Positions 20,201 through 33,267 of a DNA stretch of 64,000 bases are shown in pieces. The notes beneath the pieces were generated by a model. That model was not told the DNA's origin. It saw nothing but the letters and a program-made list of their open reading frames with translations, and made no database searches. Numbering within the stretch: the stretch's first letter is position 1; every line of letters begins with the position of its first letter. This stretch comes from Tubulanus polymorphus (Eukaryota; Animalia; Nemertea). The DNA lies in contig NC_134028.1 in the NCBI RefSeq assembly GCF_964204645.1, positions 2,914,001 to 2,978,000 of the forward strand, read 5' to 3'. The position numbers and the translations under genes are program-made.

Positions 20201-21801
20201 GGCTGATTATACATACACGCAACGTGAAGAGCTGTTTCACCGGCGTTGTTTACTGTATTCACTATAGTCGGCTGCTTCGCGAGTAAAAACTATAAATCAA
20301 CGAAATTCCGATCAAATCATTTATAAGGGAACAATTTTTCAGAACGTTTTCAAATTTTTCAAAATAAATTTTACCCATCTATATACAGAAAAAGTCAAAG
20401 TAAAAAAGTCCCTTTAAGCTAATCATTCATTGATTCCATGTTTCGACTATGGCCTGATAGTCATCTTCAGGAATACTGGAGATGACCTAGTGAAGATGAC
20501 TACAGTATTTCTGAAGACCTATATCAGTGCGGAATTCTCAATATCATATCGTTACGGACAGTGTTTATCCATACCTGAATGATATTAGGATCCATCTGAG
20601 CAGCAAAATGTAAAACATTGTTACCACAACTGTCGTTGATATCGAGACGCGCGTTCAATAGGAGCAGTTCTTGTATGCAGGGAAGCTGACGTCCTAACAC
20701 TGCTACGTGTAACGGGGTTACTCCAGTCAACGGGTCTCGCTCGTTTATTTGCCTAAATTTCAAGAAATCTCCATCTGAACGCAACAAAGCCTTTATAAAT
20801 ACCCGCAATATTGAAGAAGATAAATGATGAAAAATTTTTCAGACTGAAGTTTTTGGATAGAATAACAGGGGCCTGATCCCAGGATCCTAAGTACTGGTAG
20901 AATGCTTCTACCTATTTTCAGAGATTCATTTGGAGAAATCGATGAAATCTATTCAAAATCCATTTCAAATAAATCACTGAAGATGGATTTTAACATTCTA
21001 CCTGAAATTTCAGTTTGACTTATTTTTCCATATCAATCTACAATTTTGTGAGTCTATCGTGAGACTAGTCTAAATAAATTTAGATGACAAAGCTTGTTAC
21101 AAATGTTCAGGAATAGTATGGCTATGTTAAGCAAGATTCTTACGCTGAAACTATATTGTGACGGAAACAGTCCATGAAGCCGAGATGAGCAGCTACGTGG
21201 GCACAGGTCCACGACGGGTTACTGCGAGATACATCGCACAATTTCTGTAACGCATCTTTACACAGAAGACTTGGATTAGCCGATGCCAAAGGCAATATAC
21301 GATCACCGATTGATTTGAATGTAACTCTGGATTCTGATAAATCGGCAATTCGGAACAAACTACAAAAGAATAGCAAGCAACTGTATTAGTACTAGTAGTA
21401 GGTAGGCCTCAATATAATGAAGGTATGCTCCATTTTTTACTGCATCCTTACTACAGTTTTATCTTGATGGTAGCCTTACCTGAATGCCTTATTTCTTGCA
21501 TAAAGTACAGCTTCATAATGCCGCGCAACACTGTACAGCTTGAAATTATCATTTTCAATCAATATGGCTTGCTGTCTGAAAGATATACAATTACAAAATA
21601 AGGGATTCGAACCGAACATGTACGAAAAAGGAACATCAGCCACCGGCTGGTCGAATCATTCGAGTCTTTAAAGAGAAATCACAGACAACTATACCTCTCA
21701 TAATCCAATGGCTTTACTTCGTTCACAGTGTATGGTGATATATTTGTAGATGAGGCCGTTTTAAGGAAGTCTCCGATGATTTTACCGAAGAAAGATGACA
21801 T
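17268..21801 (-). CDS. PLA2G6: 85/88-kDa calcium-independent phospholipase A2 (ankyrin repeats plus patatin domain)
   Basis: ATG at 21801 ([10 protein letters not shown]...). Exons give [14 protein letters not shown], ankyrin repeats ([24 protein letters not shown]), [21 protein letters not shown] nucleophile motif, [20 protein letters not shown] and YFRFSP. TAA at 17268-17270. Confidence 0.96.
19840..20056. mobile_element. hAT-like MITE with 6-bp TSD in a PLA2G6 intron
   Basis: AAGAGG|TAGGGCTGCCAA ... TTGGCAGCTCTA|AAGAGG, with internal TCAGTA repeats. Confidence 0.78.
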
Positions 21802-22921
21802 TTTGCCTGTAAATTCGCAAATTTCGCTGTGAGCGAATTTGGTTAATGTTGAAAGTTTTCGTACTGGAAGGTGGCGAAGGTGATGTCGAATACCACATTA
21901 TTGTTGGAGCGCGCTCGGAGGCAACGGAGCCTGAGTCCGGCAGTTGGAGGAGGGAATTTTATTTTTCACAGGCGCAGTGCGCATGCTCTTTGTTAAATTT
22001 GTAAACATGATACATGAAATCACTGATCATGCACACATCGTGTGTCAAAGCCTAAAATATAAATCCCCCAAACTAACTATTGCGACTTCTGTCACTCAGG
22101 TCGATCGAACGCATAAGGGTGACACGGCCAATGATTTTACTTCCCTCTTCCGGTATTGACGGTTACCGGTATTGACAGCAGTAATGATAACTTTAATTCC
22201 GTATAAACTATCAAATTTTATATATTTATCCGTCAGTGCACCGCATACATATATTGATATCCTTTTGAAATACAAATAATATTAAATTACAGAATAACAA
22301 ATAGCATGCAGAAATCTTTTTGCCTTGTCAATCACACGAAAAATTACTTCCATAAGTACATACCCTGGGTATGTACGAACTAGATTTTCCACGTGAAAAT
22401 TAAATTCTAAAGGGCCCAGACGTCTTTGTTTGATCATTTCAATTACAAAATCACAGAGGATTCTGTAACAGATGGCATTCTACACATTCCCGACACTGAT
22501 GTTACAGTACGCATAATGTTTATACATATATCTTAATGGAAATTTGTATTGCGCTAATCTACGGTAATTGAATCGTCATAATGGTTCAAATTTCATCTGG
22601 GACCAAATAAGGATAATTGTAGTGCGCCAGGGTTGGTTAGGTAATGGATGGATTTTTAATTAACTTTGATACATGAGATTATTGGGTGCGTGGTTTACGT
22701 GTTGAAATGAAGGAGAACATCTGTAAGGATGTGAACGATTTCAATTTAAAAATTCATTAATCAGACGTTCCTACAGTCTACATTCCACCAGGCTACTATA
22801 CTAGTAAATGAACACACTATTTCAACACGCAACGGAACTATTTCTGTAGTGTTTTATTCAGTCTAAAAACCGGCAGTATTGATTTACACCCGCAGTTCGC
22901 GATTCAGTCTTTACCTACGAT

Positions 22922-22953
22922 CAAAAATTCATAAAGACTAAAAATGTACAACT
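22922..22953 (+). repeat. Left TIR of the P-like element
   Basis: CAAAAATTCATAAAGACTAAAAATGTACAACT, the exact reverse complement of 29264-29295. Confidence 0.95.
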
Positions 22954-23376
22954 TTTTTGCTGACTTTTGAGGTAACTTTGAAAGCCTGTAACTCAAAAAG
23001 TGTTTGGGTTATATTCATCATGAATGTACCGCATGAAACAGAAGAACGTGCTTTTTCTAAGGGGCGTTAAATGTAATAGCCAGGAATAGCCAGAACCGTG
23101 TAATTAGCATTTATAAACTCCTATGAATGACTTCATTTAGGCCTTCATTCACAGGCAGTTTCCCTAGCACTCAGTTCCTAATGTGAAACACAGAGTGCAG
23201 CACTAGCGTATTCCATACATATATGGTGGGTTACTGGCTGGGTTCCAGCTTAACACGTGGGGTTATATTTTGATCCGAGTCCGTGGGTCAACAAAAGGTT
23301 ACCGACATGTGTTTTAAGATAAATAACATATAAGCAGCAATGTTTCAGTATTCTTCTCCACACTGCAATAGTGACC

Positions 23377-24570
23377 ATGGCAAGAAAACGCAAAACAAAT
23401 TCCGCTATCAAAATTATTGAATCAATATCCTTAATAGATATCTGTAAGGATGTAAAAGAGAAAATGTTGCAGACTAGACACTTAATTTTTTTTCCTCAAA
23501 GGATGGAAACTTGGGAAAAAATGTTGAAAGAAGGAACGCTAGTGAGTGATATCATTTTTGACCTGCACAAAACATTTCAATGTTCTTATAAAATAACCCA
23601 ATCCATGACGGATCCATATGTTAATTTCATGTTGGAGTGGAATGATAAACTTCGTCAATATTCGAGCAATGGGCCGTTTATATCTACTCCTCATGAAATG
23701 TTATGGGATCTTTTTCAAAAGGATAAAATTGAAATTGATTCAGCAGGAGCAATCATCCAAAGTATCGGTGACTATGTGAGAAATTATATACAGGCCAGAA
23801 TGAACATTTCTGAAGAAAGAACCGAGACGAGTATTTTGAAGCCGCAGTCAACTGCAGGACTGTATCTTGTTTCTGGTGGCTGTTTGGGACTTATGTTTTC
23901 TTTATATAAGCGTGAACGTCGAAGGGGTAATACAGAAGCCCAGAAAAAACTTCGAGTCCTTTCGAAAATGATAATTTTTGACAAAAGCAAGTCTTCAAAA
24001 TTGCCTGTTGAAGTTTGGTGCCGTGATAAAGGTGGACTTTACATATTCAAGCCAGAATTCATGGATATGGTAAAATCAATTGATACCGAAATCATGAATT
24101 GTGTAAATGTAACCGAATTGCAAAAACATAAAAAAAGAATTATCAGGGTAAGTAAACAATGTTTTAAAATATTTTTTATTGCTCTTAATACAAAAAATAC
24201 ACATCAAAATAAATTAAATGTTCATATTTTTCAGCTTACAACAGACAAAATTCTGCCAAACAAGGATCTTGAAGCAGTTTTTGTCGGACTTGTCACACAA
24301 AGTGTTGGATCAGAGGTGGCAGATGAACTGAGACTGAACATAGTTTCTGTTTGGACGGACTTTTTGCGTAAATACACTCATGCGCGCATAAATGGAATCA
24401 TAAAGGGAATATACGAGAAAAAAGTAGAAAAATCTGGTAAACGCCTGAAAGGAGGATCAAGCTTAAGAGAAACGCTTTATAATCTTGGAAAGACAAGAAA
24501 CCCTAAACATTCTAAATCAACTCCTTCAACTTCTAAAAAACAATCTGTTCGTAAAGGAGATAAACGGTGA
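23377..24570 (+). CDS. Transposon-borne 368-aa protein resembling the P/THAP9 transposase C-terminal domain; exons 23377-24147 and 24235-24570
   Basis: Kozak ACCATGG at 23377 and an in-frame 87-nt intron (AGG|GTAAGT...TTTTTCAG). Motifs GLYLVSGGCL, RDKGGLYIFKPEF and FLRKYTHARI; basic NLS-like ends (MARKRK, KKQSVRKGDKR). Confidence 0.8.
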   Translation: MARKRKTNSAIKIIESISLIDICKDVKEKMLQTRHLIFFPQRMETWEKMLKEGTLVSDIIFDLHKTFQCSYKITQSMTDPYVNFMLEWNDKLRQYSSNGPFISTPHEMLWDLFQKDKIEIDSAGAIIQSIGDYVRNYIQARMNISEERTETSILKPQSTAGLYLVSGGCLGLMFSLYKRERRRGNTEAQKKLRVLSKMIIFDKSKSSKLPVEVWCRDKGGLYIFKPEFMDMVKSIDTEIMNCVNVTELQKHKKRIIRVSKQCFKIFFIALNTKNTHQNKLNVHIFQLTTDKILPNKDLEAVFVGLVTQSVGSEVADELRLNIVSVWTDFLRKYTHARINGIIKGIYEKKVEKSGKRLKGGSSLRETLYNLGKTRNPKHSKSTPSTSKKQSVRKGDKR

Positions 24571-24687
24571 CATGGTTATTAATTGAATAATAATACGATT
24601 CTTCATTTGATGTATATAAAGGTAACTAAGAAATTGGACAATACATGAACGTATATGTTTATATATAATCTATTTTTAGTTTGTTAA

Positions 24688-27600
24688 TTATTTTTTTCTC
24701 ATGAGTGGAACGTCCTGGGTATAAAGCGGTGTATCTCTGTAATAATTTCTCTTCTTTTTCTTCTGATGGCCATGGACCTCTCTTTTTAACATAACAGTTC
24801 TCCTTGCCTGTGGATAGTTCAATGACGTTAGTTTTCCACCCACGCAGTGTTTAAACTGCGAGAAGAGAGTTTCTACTGCACTGCCATTCACTGTGAGTGG
24901 GGTAATGTAATATCCAGGAAATTCAGTGAGATAGTCTTTACAAAATCCAATGAACCCAAACACCATAACACGAAGTAGATCATATGTCTGAAAATATAAA
25001 TAGTGTCTCCATTTCTTATAGATGCTCATTTAAAAAGATAGCCATAGGTGCTATTTCGTTGATATGTTATCTTAGTTTACCTGCCAACTAATAAATTTCT
25101 TTTGGGATGGAGAAATCATCTGGAATTCGTCAGCAACTGAAAATAAGATAGGAACCCAAATTTGAATTAGTTAATTTCTCTATGAATTATTTCGTCTGGC
25201 AAATTTATTTTAGACACATGTAAAATAATTTGTTATATCGGTGCATTCACTCACATTCATGGTGTAGATATTCACACCAGTCCCTGAAGTATTTATATCC
25301 TTCTGAGATGTTCAATATGATTGGGCTTTCCATGTCATGAATCTGGCTATTTCTTGTCATGTCATTTGGTTTTCTACTTTTCAGAAGTCCTTCTTCAAAA
25401 AGTTGGCTGCAAGCCACCAGGTAACTTCGGGTTGCCATAACATGTTCTGATTCCAATGGGATAGGAGAATTGTCGGGATTCGCGTAACTGTAGAGTTCGG
25501 CAAGCACTTGCGGTTGCTATAAATAAATACAGTTCGTGAAGACTAGGTTCTGACAGTTATCTCTTAATTAAGTTTGAATTAATGTTTTTTATACCTGCAT
25601 GATTTTTGCTGGTTTAACATTTAGCTTAGTCCAGGAATCTCGTTCTATATAAGATTTGATCAATCCTGGTACCATCCGAATATGATTATCATCTCTTCTT
25701 TGAGTTTCACGATTCCACATACTTTTTATTTCATCCCATCCGAATTCAACTCCATTCATGAAGTTTTTCGTTCCACCTGTTTGACTTGCCCACAACTGAT
25801 TAATTTGATTTTTAAGCTGTAAAAAGAAACATATCAATGAAAATGAGATCCTTCAATTATACTGTAAATTCCATATTTCAACTTGGATAGAAGTGTTTGC
25901 TTACTTGATGTGATGGACAGATGACAAAGTAAATTTTCTTTTCTGGTTCGTGGGGGTTCATCATCCAAGGTTCAACTTTATGTCGATCTTCCTGGGCATC
26001 CTTTAGACCAAAGGCACCGTGCGGATAACCACTGAGTGTTTTTATCATCGATAGGTTGGTGCTGGCTCCATCAGTCACCACCACCCTTGTCTGCAAAGAA
26101 ATTTGAAAATTAAAGATATCTGAAGATGCTAATCAATGGGTTTCATCAAAAATTATGAATTTTTGGTTTCATTTGCAATCAACTTAAAAACTTACCCTGA
26201 ATCCATACTCATAAAAGATTCTCAAGACATCATACAGACAAGCTGTCGTAAAAGCTGCATCCATTGTTGTGTGACAATTAAAATAAGGTCCAATAATATC
26301 GAAATCACTGCTTAAGTCCCTCCACAAAAACTGCAACTCATATTCAGCCGTCTCTGGTGTACATTCTCCGGATAATTCTTTGAAAATATCTTTCAAAGAA
26401 GACATTTCTGTGGCGTCCATAGCGAGCCCGTTGAGTTGTTTATTTTTACTATTCCACGCTACTTTACCGATAACTTTTACTTCATCGAGTATCAAAACTC
26501 CAGTTGAGGTTGGTGATTTTTTGCCTTTCGATGTACACTCATTTTTCCACAAATTATAACGGTTAAATGTGTCTTCTATATAATCATAATATGACTCCGT
26601 TCCAGGAGCCTGCAACAGTGCAGTAGAATAGTGCTGCAGTGAACTTCGCGAGGGCAGTTTGAAAATTCCCCACTCTTGAATCGCTTCGTAGGCTGCAGGG
26701 CTTCGACAGTATATTGACAGAGCAATTCGATAGGTGACCATACTCCAACGGTTTCCTTTTTGTCCAGTTTCTAATTTGAAAAATTAAAATATTTTGTAAA
26801 ATTGTCTGGATTTCACTTTTCAATTTGAAATTTGGATTAACAAATATATTGAGTTAAAAGAAGTCCAATTTTCATCTAGAATTGTGGGCTAAAGTATCCA
26901 ATATTGAGAAGTATATTGAAAATATCTAGTGGTTCAGAATTATATGAATTTTTTCATGAATTCAAAATGATAGAAATTCACTTACCATTGCGGTGCTGAT
27001 CGGCTTCCCAGGTAGTTTTTATTGCTTGCAATGTGTCTTTTTCTAATTCTGCTTCCGCTAAGACAGCTTCGATATCACCAGGCTTGACGTGAGAACAAAA
27101 ATCTTCCAATTCCTTACTTTGCGTCTGTTCAAGTTCGATGGTATAGTCATTTTGAATTTTCTGTGAGGTGTTAATTAATCGACGCTTTATATTTCTAGCA
27201 CTTGAACTCTTTCTCTCGATTCTCCGCTTTTTGCTTCGTGGTGTCAAATTAGTTATAGGATAGTTAGAATTTTTTTCTGAACGTCTTGCTTTAGTTTGCG
27301 GAGTAACCAATTGTTCACGCTTGTTCGTCTTTCGAAGATTGCGATAAGCATTTGAACATTCCGGACATCGAGACGTTGCTGATGATCTTGCTTCTCGTTC
27401 TTCTACCGTGGCATTGAATCGAAGTTTGAACCATTTTTTGCACTTTTTTGATATAAATGATGGCGGAATCTTTCTCTCGATAACGAACGACGGAATATAC
27501 TTGATTGACGAACAAACGCTGTCAAATTCCGGTCTGGATATTCCTGTGCAGAATACATATTCACTAGACATCCGACCAAGCATATCGTCGATTACATTCC

Positions 27601-27964
27601 AATCTATTCCCGTGTCCGATAGATATGATGTTTCGAATAATAATTCATCGCATAAGTAGTGTTTCAGAACACCAGATGTGAATATTAATATCTTCGACAC
27701 GGTTGCTGGTCCTCCCGTAGTGAATCCCACATCACATATTCCTCGAGTAATCTCGAGAAAAATATCTCCAGAGCAACTTAAAAATCGTATTTGTAATAAC
27801 GCAAATAGATCGTGAATATAGTTAACTATTTCTGACAATTCCGATGGACCAGCATTAAGAGCAATTTTGCTACTACCCGTTTGAGTAGTTTTATGGTCAG
27901 TTTCTTTAGAAAGTAATACTGGAACATAAATAACGGCGGGTTGCGCTGGAAAAAATGTAGTCAT
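24688..27964 (-). CDS. P-element/THAP9-like DDE transposase, 7 exons, 859 aa
   Basis: Exons 27964-26986, 26770-26196, 26090-25905, 25816-25595, 25516-25255, 25136-25081 and 24987-24688 are all GT-AG and sum to 2580 nt in frame. Motifs: RSPAAYEAI...LPSRSSLQ, LILDEVKV (D at 26484-6), VVTDGASTN (D at 26070-2), CPSHQLKN, KLNVKPAK, AVETLFSQFK (E at 24871-3). Confidence 0.9.
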
Positions 27965-29263
27965 CTTTTCAGCTTTACTTGTTGCAATTGAAAGACATTA
28001 TATGAATGCGGCTTTATATATGTTTTGAGTTGATCAGTTTGATGGTTTCTAGGGGTATGAACACTGATATTAGTCACGGTAATTAAAAAGAGCAACTGCT
28101 ATGTTTTAACCCGTGCACACAGTGATGCATGGCAACTGGTAAAACCATGAACAACTATCTTTTTCGTAGTCATACAAATTTACTTGAAAATCGATCTAGA
28201 TGTAATAAGTTCATTTTTTTATTCAAAGGTACTTATGAGTGGTTATGGCTTAAAACTCCCATTCATATTGCTTTTCTATATTACGGGTTGTCTAAGTCGT
28301 TATTCGAAAAACATCAAATGAAAAAAACCCGTGTAATTTACCTATCTGAGAAAAACTTGTAAAACTCATTTGTTCTCGTCGGTTTAGCAATTTTAAAGGA
28401 TTCGAGGTAGAGAATCGTATATATTTTCACTATCTCTATAAAATACCAAATCAAAAGAAGTTGTTTAGCCTAGTTGTTAAGTCTTTATTCGTTCCACTAA
28501 TGGGTGAAATAATGGATGAATACCACAGTAACTGAATATAAGGTCATTTTTAGGAATTAGGCTTTATACGTTTTCCGATTCGAAGTTTTTCATTGGGAAT
28601 TTTTCGAATATATACCGTGTGCAATTATGTAATTTCTCTAACTTTTTGTTATGCATTAGTAGACCATAGAGAAAACTCATAATTATACGCAAATATAATT
28701 GCATCAATCGAGATATTTCATAAAGATTCTTTGCTCCGGATACAACAAACGTGGCTTCAACCATTTAACTAAGATATTCTGACCATTCAAGATATCACTC
28801 AAGTCACACAGATTTTCCAGGTACTATAAGCTCTACAAGCTTATAGTGAGTTTACTATAGTTTTCTAAGTATCATTTGTTTATATAAACATAGGCTGTTT
28901 AAATGTCTGGGTCAGCAAACACAAATAGTAACACACCCGTGTACAGACAGACCACATGTGGTTAGGGACAGTACTGTTGTTGTGCTATGCTAATGACTTA
29001 CTTATATGCCAATATTCGATTGTGGTGCCATCTGGTTACTACAGGAGTACCCAGTAAAATGCTTGTGAGGCTATGAAAATCCATGAAAAAGAAGGGAGAT
29101 CTTTCGCCATCTAGTGAGAAAGTGTGCTACTTCTCATAGTTAAGCAGCTATGATCTATATAGGAGAGATTCCACTGAGTCAAACGATACCAAAATTGTAT
29201 TTTTAAGTTGAATAGTAAATCTGTCACAGAATCTCAAACAAAGGGAAAATAACCCATTTTACG

Positions 29264-29295
29264 AGTTGTACATTTTTAGTCTTTATGAATTTTTG
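29264..29295 (-). repeat. Right TIR of the P-like element
   Basis: AGTTGTACATTTTTAGTCTTTATGAATTTTTG followed by the TSD CTACGAT. Confidence 0.95.
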
Positions 29296-32200
29296 CTACG
29301 ATTAATAAATGGGAAGCGTTTTTAACCACAACTGGTGAAACGGGAATAGGAAATTGTTTTGATTTTTATAAGTAACTGAGGCCGGGATGTTGAACCCGTT
29401 GGGGCGGTTTTCCGAGAATGGAGCAAATCGGATGATAATCGGCCTGGATACACATTTGCTGTGTATTCACTGTGAAAACTTCTTCAGGTTATTTGCTGCA
29501 AAATAATCTTGTCTGTCGTCCTCTTGTCTATTGATAGAAAACCTGTTTAGCGCAGACTCACCGGGGATTTCCTGTCGACGAATCCACTAAAAAATCGCCA
29601 GTCTACTTCTCATCAAGAAACAAAAGCCAAGAAACTGACTTATAAATAATAACCTCAGCACTATATATTCTTGCATAATGAGTAATTTTTACATGCTCTT
29701 ATTTCACAAATACATCGTATACAATATACAGAAAATCAAGCACACCAATTACTAAATACAGAAGCAGTGTAAGTCCGGTGGGGGGGGGGGTGCAATACAC
29801 AGACTCCGAGCAGGATTGACATTTCATTATGATAAGAACACAGAGATTTGTATTCGTATTCATACACGTAAAGCACAGATTCAGAGCCCAGAATTATTCA
29901 TCATGTATCTAATAGCAGTTTCATTAATTCTAAAATATCCATCGCTATTGCTAGTATTCAAAGGTAATGTTACGAGACAAATGAGTAAAAACCCTATTAG
30001 AATTTGATATCAGATCCAGCTAAAAGCAAAAATATAACCTATCATAAACTTATCGTAATAGGCCGAGGTAATTCAGTCATGATACAACTATGTAGATGAT
30101 GCCAAATAACACATAACTAGATGACTTTTAAGAAATATCTTTAAAAAAAATTTTCGAAGGAATACAATTCTTTCCTAATTTCATTAAAACTGTTATTTCA
30201 CTCAAATTTTCTACTTGAAGTATCATGATATATTTCAGTCAGTATCAAATTAAATTCCGTATTTCATAAGGATTTTTCAACAATTCCGATCATACAGAAC
30301 TCATACAGACACTTACACAATTGACATTTATTCAACGATATTAAAACATCACATGAACCGCGATCATCTGATGCTCGAATACATAGAAAAAAACATTTCA
30401 AAAACACACATTCAAAGCAGTTTATGTTTTGACAACAATCACACAAATTGTCATACTTATTTTTTACAATTATCATTGAATATACACAACTGTTTTGTTG
30501 CCCAGTTAATGATGAAAGCGTTAACAGCTTTCAGAAGCTCATCTACAATTTCTGAATTAATGAAATAAGTTTGATTTTTACAGTGTTCATCATCAATATC
30601 TAGCGGAGTCTTCAAAATCTATCAAGAGTCCAGTCCCCCTTCAGTTCCAGCCAAATTATAAACGAAACCACCCGCATATTCCATGCCCTATACGGGCCTG
30701 AATTTCATCGAGGTTAGGATATAAATTATCGATACAATGAGACAACTTTGATATAAAAGCTCGTGCAAGGTTTTACTTCTGGGTCTAGTTTAGATCCTTT
30801 TCAATTCATATCCCACAACAGATCTGAACACTTGCATTCAGTAGATTTTAATTTCTATGATTAATCATAGCCTGGCATATAACTGGAAAACTAATTTAAT
30901 TATCCCATGATGGACCCTCATCCCACACTATTATAACCAGGATATACCCTATACATAATTGAAATTTTAATCACACGCAGTCAATTGAGTAGCATTATTC
31001 AATTCAGTTTTAATACATCCTCCCAGTGTTTAATTATCAAAGATGATACGAATGGAATAGATATTTCAGCATCAATATCGAAAGCAAAGATGAAAGATAT
31101 AAAGAAAACAACTCTTAAATCCTGTATGGCAATTGATGATTAGCGCAATCATAGCGCTAATAACTCACGCGTTGATGACACATTAAATGTTTGATGAGAC
31201 ATCGAAGAAACATTAAAATTTTGAACCGACGTCGGCAAAGCTTCAAAGCCGATCGTATCAAAGGCATTTTTCCATTAGTCATTACAGATATCTTGGAACT
31301 CAATATTTTACGGTCGTTTTGAGTATATCAGTTTTAGAATATCTAATTAGACCCCGCCATTCGACTCATGAAATAATGATCAAAGTCATTGTCATCGACG
31401 GATTTAGATGTCGATATAAATGACGACGAAGTATTTACTGATTGCCGTATAGCTGCTTTTCAGTATTTTCTTTCAACGGTTTGATGAAGAGGACATATCG
31501 ATAAATATCTCCACTTTCAATCAAATTATTTATTAAACCATATTTCAGTATTCATCTGAACAGTTTCGAAAAAGTCAGATCCGCTTAATTAAACCATATC
31601 ATTGATTCGAAATGAGTTTTAGTCCTAGCATTATTAACTATGTCGAATTATACTGAATTGTATATATATAAATTTGAGTTCTATTGTTGAATTCTATTTT
31701 CTCATGGGTTGGAAATATGTCGATTCTACAAAATTGAATTCGAAGCCTTCGCACCAATATCTACAAAGTTTATACATAGACAGAGCTGGTAGAATTTTCT
31801 TACCTACCGACCATGATTATATAAAAGATTTCTCCATCAACATCTAATTGCTCACTGGCTTTATTGCGCCCAGTAGATCATCACACAATAGGCATTAGAA
31901 CCCGCAGTAATAAATAATGTTATAACATTATCGACCGGTTATAGTTTTTACGATATTGTCACCAGCAAGACCTCGCAATATACATCATTCCTAACGTCTA
32001 CCGGTATATACCAGGTCTAGCAGCAACAACATAAGCTGTTAAACCAGCAGAAAATACAGAAGCAGGAAAGAGTAGCGATGTAACAGCCCTTAAAAATTTA
32101 AGAAAATTCTTTCTAAGTATCTCACTCTTTTTTTATACATTTCAATCCACTGATCTACCATTAAAGACCACAAAGTTATAAACCAATACAAAAAATGGAA

Positions 32201-33267
32201 ATTTTACTAGTAATTCAAAAACTACTAAACCAGTGACTGATAAAAAAAAATGCAAATTTCTTATTATTTTCTAACATATTTCATCACAATCAACCATTAC
32301 AAACAACAAATGATTTAGGCGTCGCAAAAACTAAATTCACATGACACCTTCCAGGTACAAAATGATTATTTTCAGTGGGTTGTTTCAGTTAACTGGTCTC
32401 AGCAGTGTCGAAAATACATAAAACATACGCGTACCTTCAACGACGAATTTATTGCATCAAAGAAAAGACTCAATTGAAAAATGCACATAAATAACCTTAA
32501 TACATCATCTATTTGAGAATTCAGAAATGGCTGAGCAACGTTGAGGAGTGGATTGCATCGAATATGTAATTTTTCTAATCTCAGATGTAAAGCCTCCGTT
32601 AGCGAAAGGAGTAAAATATGATTAGCAGTAACATGCGTCAGCAGACGATGAACAGACACTTAAGATTCTGTACAATTCAATGAAAACAATGAAATGCGTA
32701 TAGCACGCGACCGTCAGATTAAACATGGCGGCCATACATGATTTGAATAAGTTTTTATACCACTATCAAATGAAAGAAGCAAAGCATCTAATTTCTCTGA
32801 TGATTGATCATCGCGGGTTTGGTTTGGATGTCTAACTGCTGTTTTCTCACTGATAATCGCCGTTCAGATGATAAATCTCCCCGTTATACTCAAGACTGTG
32901 TCATTGTCGTCGCTAGTCGTTTCTGAAATGAAAGAAATAAACGAAATTCATAAATTTCAGCCAGCGTTGATTATTTAAGAGCCTTACGGGAATTGCGTCT
33001 GCTACACCACCACCTATCTGCTACAATAAAACTCACGCCCGAGTGATCGTTGAGATCTCTCGACAGTCTGCGTCAAACACAAACGACATAAGGCTGTAAA
33101 ACACGTATTCGTGAACTATCTATGACCTCTGAGGAGTTCATTTTTCTACTACACGCTGTGACACATAAAAACAAGTTATTCAAGAACGGCTCATGTTATG
33201 ATAAACCATACGGGAAACTGCGTTTCTCACAATCTCTCGACACCATAAATAAAACCACACACAAGTT

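Larger units (their letters stand above)
22922..29295. mobile_element. Full-length P-superfamily DNA transposon (6374 bp) with two convergent genes
   Basis: Perfect 32-bp TIRs at 22922-22953 and 29264-29295, 7-bp TSD CTACGAT at 22915-22921 and 29296-29302, and an internal P/THAP9-like DDE transposase. Confidence 0.93.

Noticed and set aside
22922-29295. Kolobok, Transib/ProtoRAG or hAT identity for the two-gene element
   Set aside because: The TSD is 7 bp (not TTAA, 5 bp or 8 bp), the ends are CAAAA rather than CAC/RSS-like, the transposase motifs are P-like, and the partner shows no kelch/PHD or His-Me finger pattern by eye.
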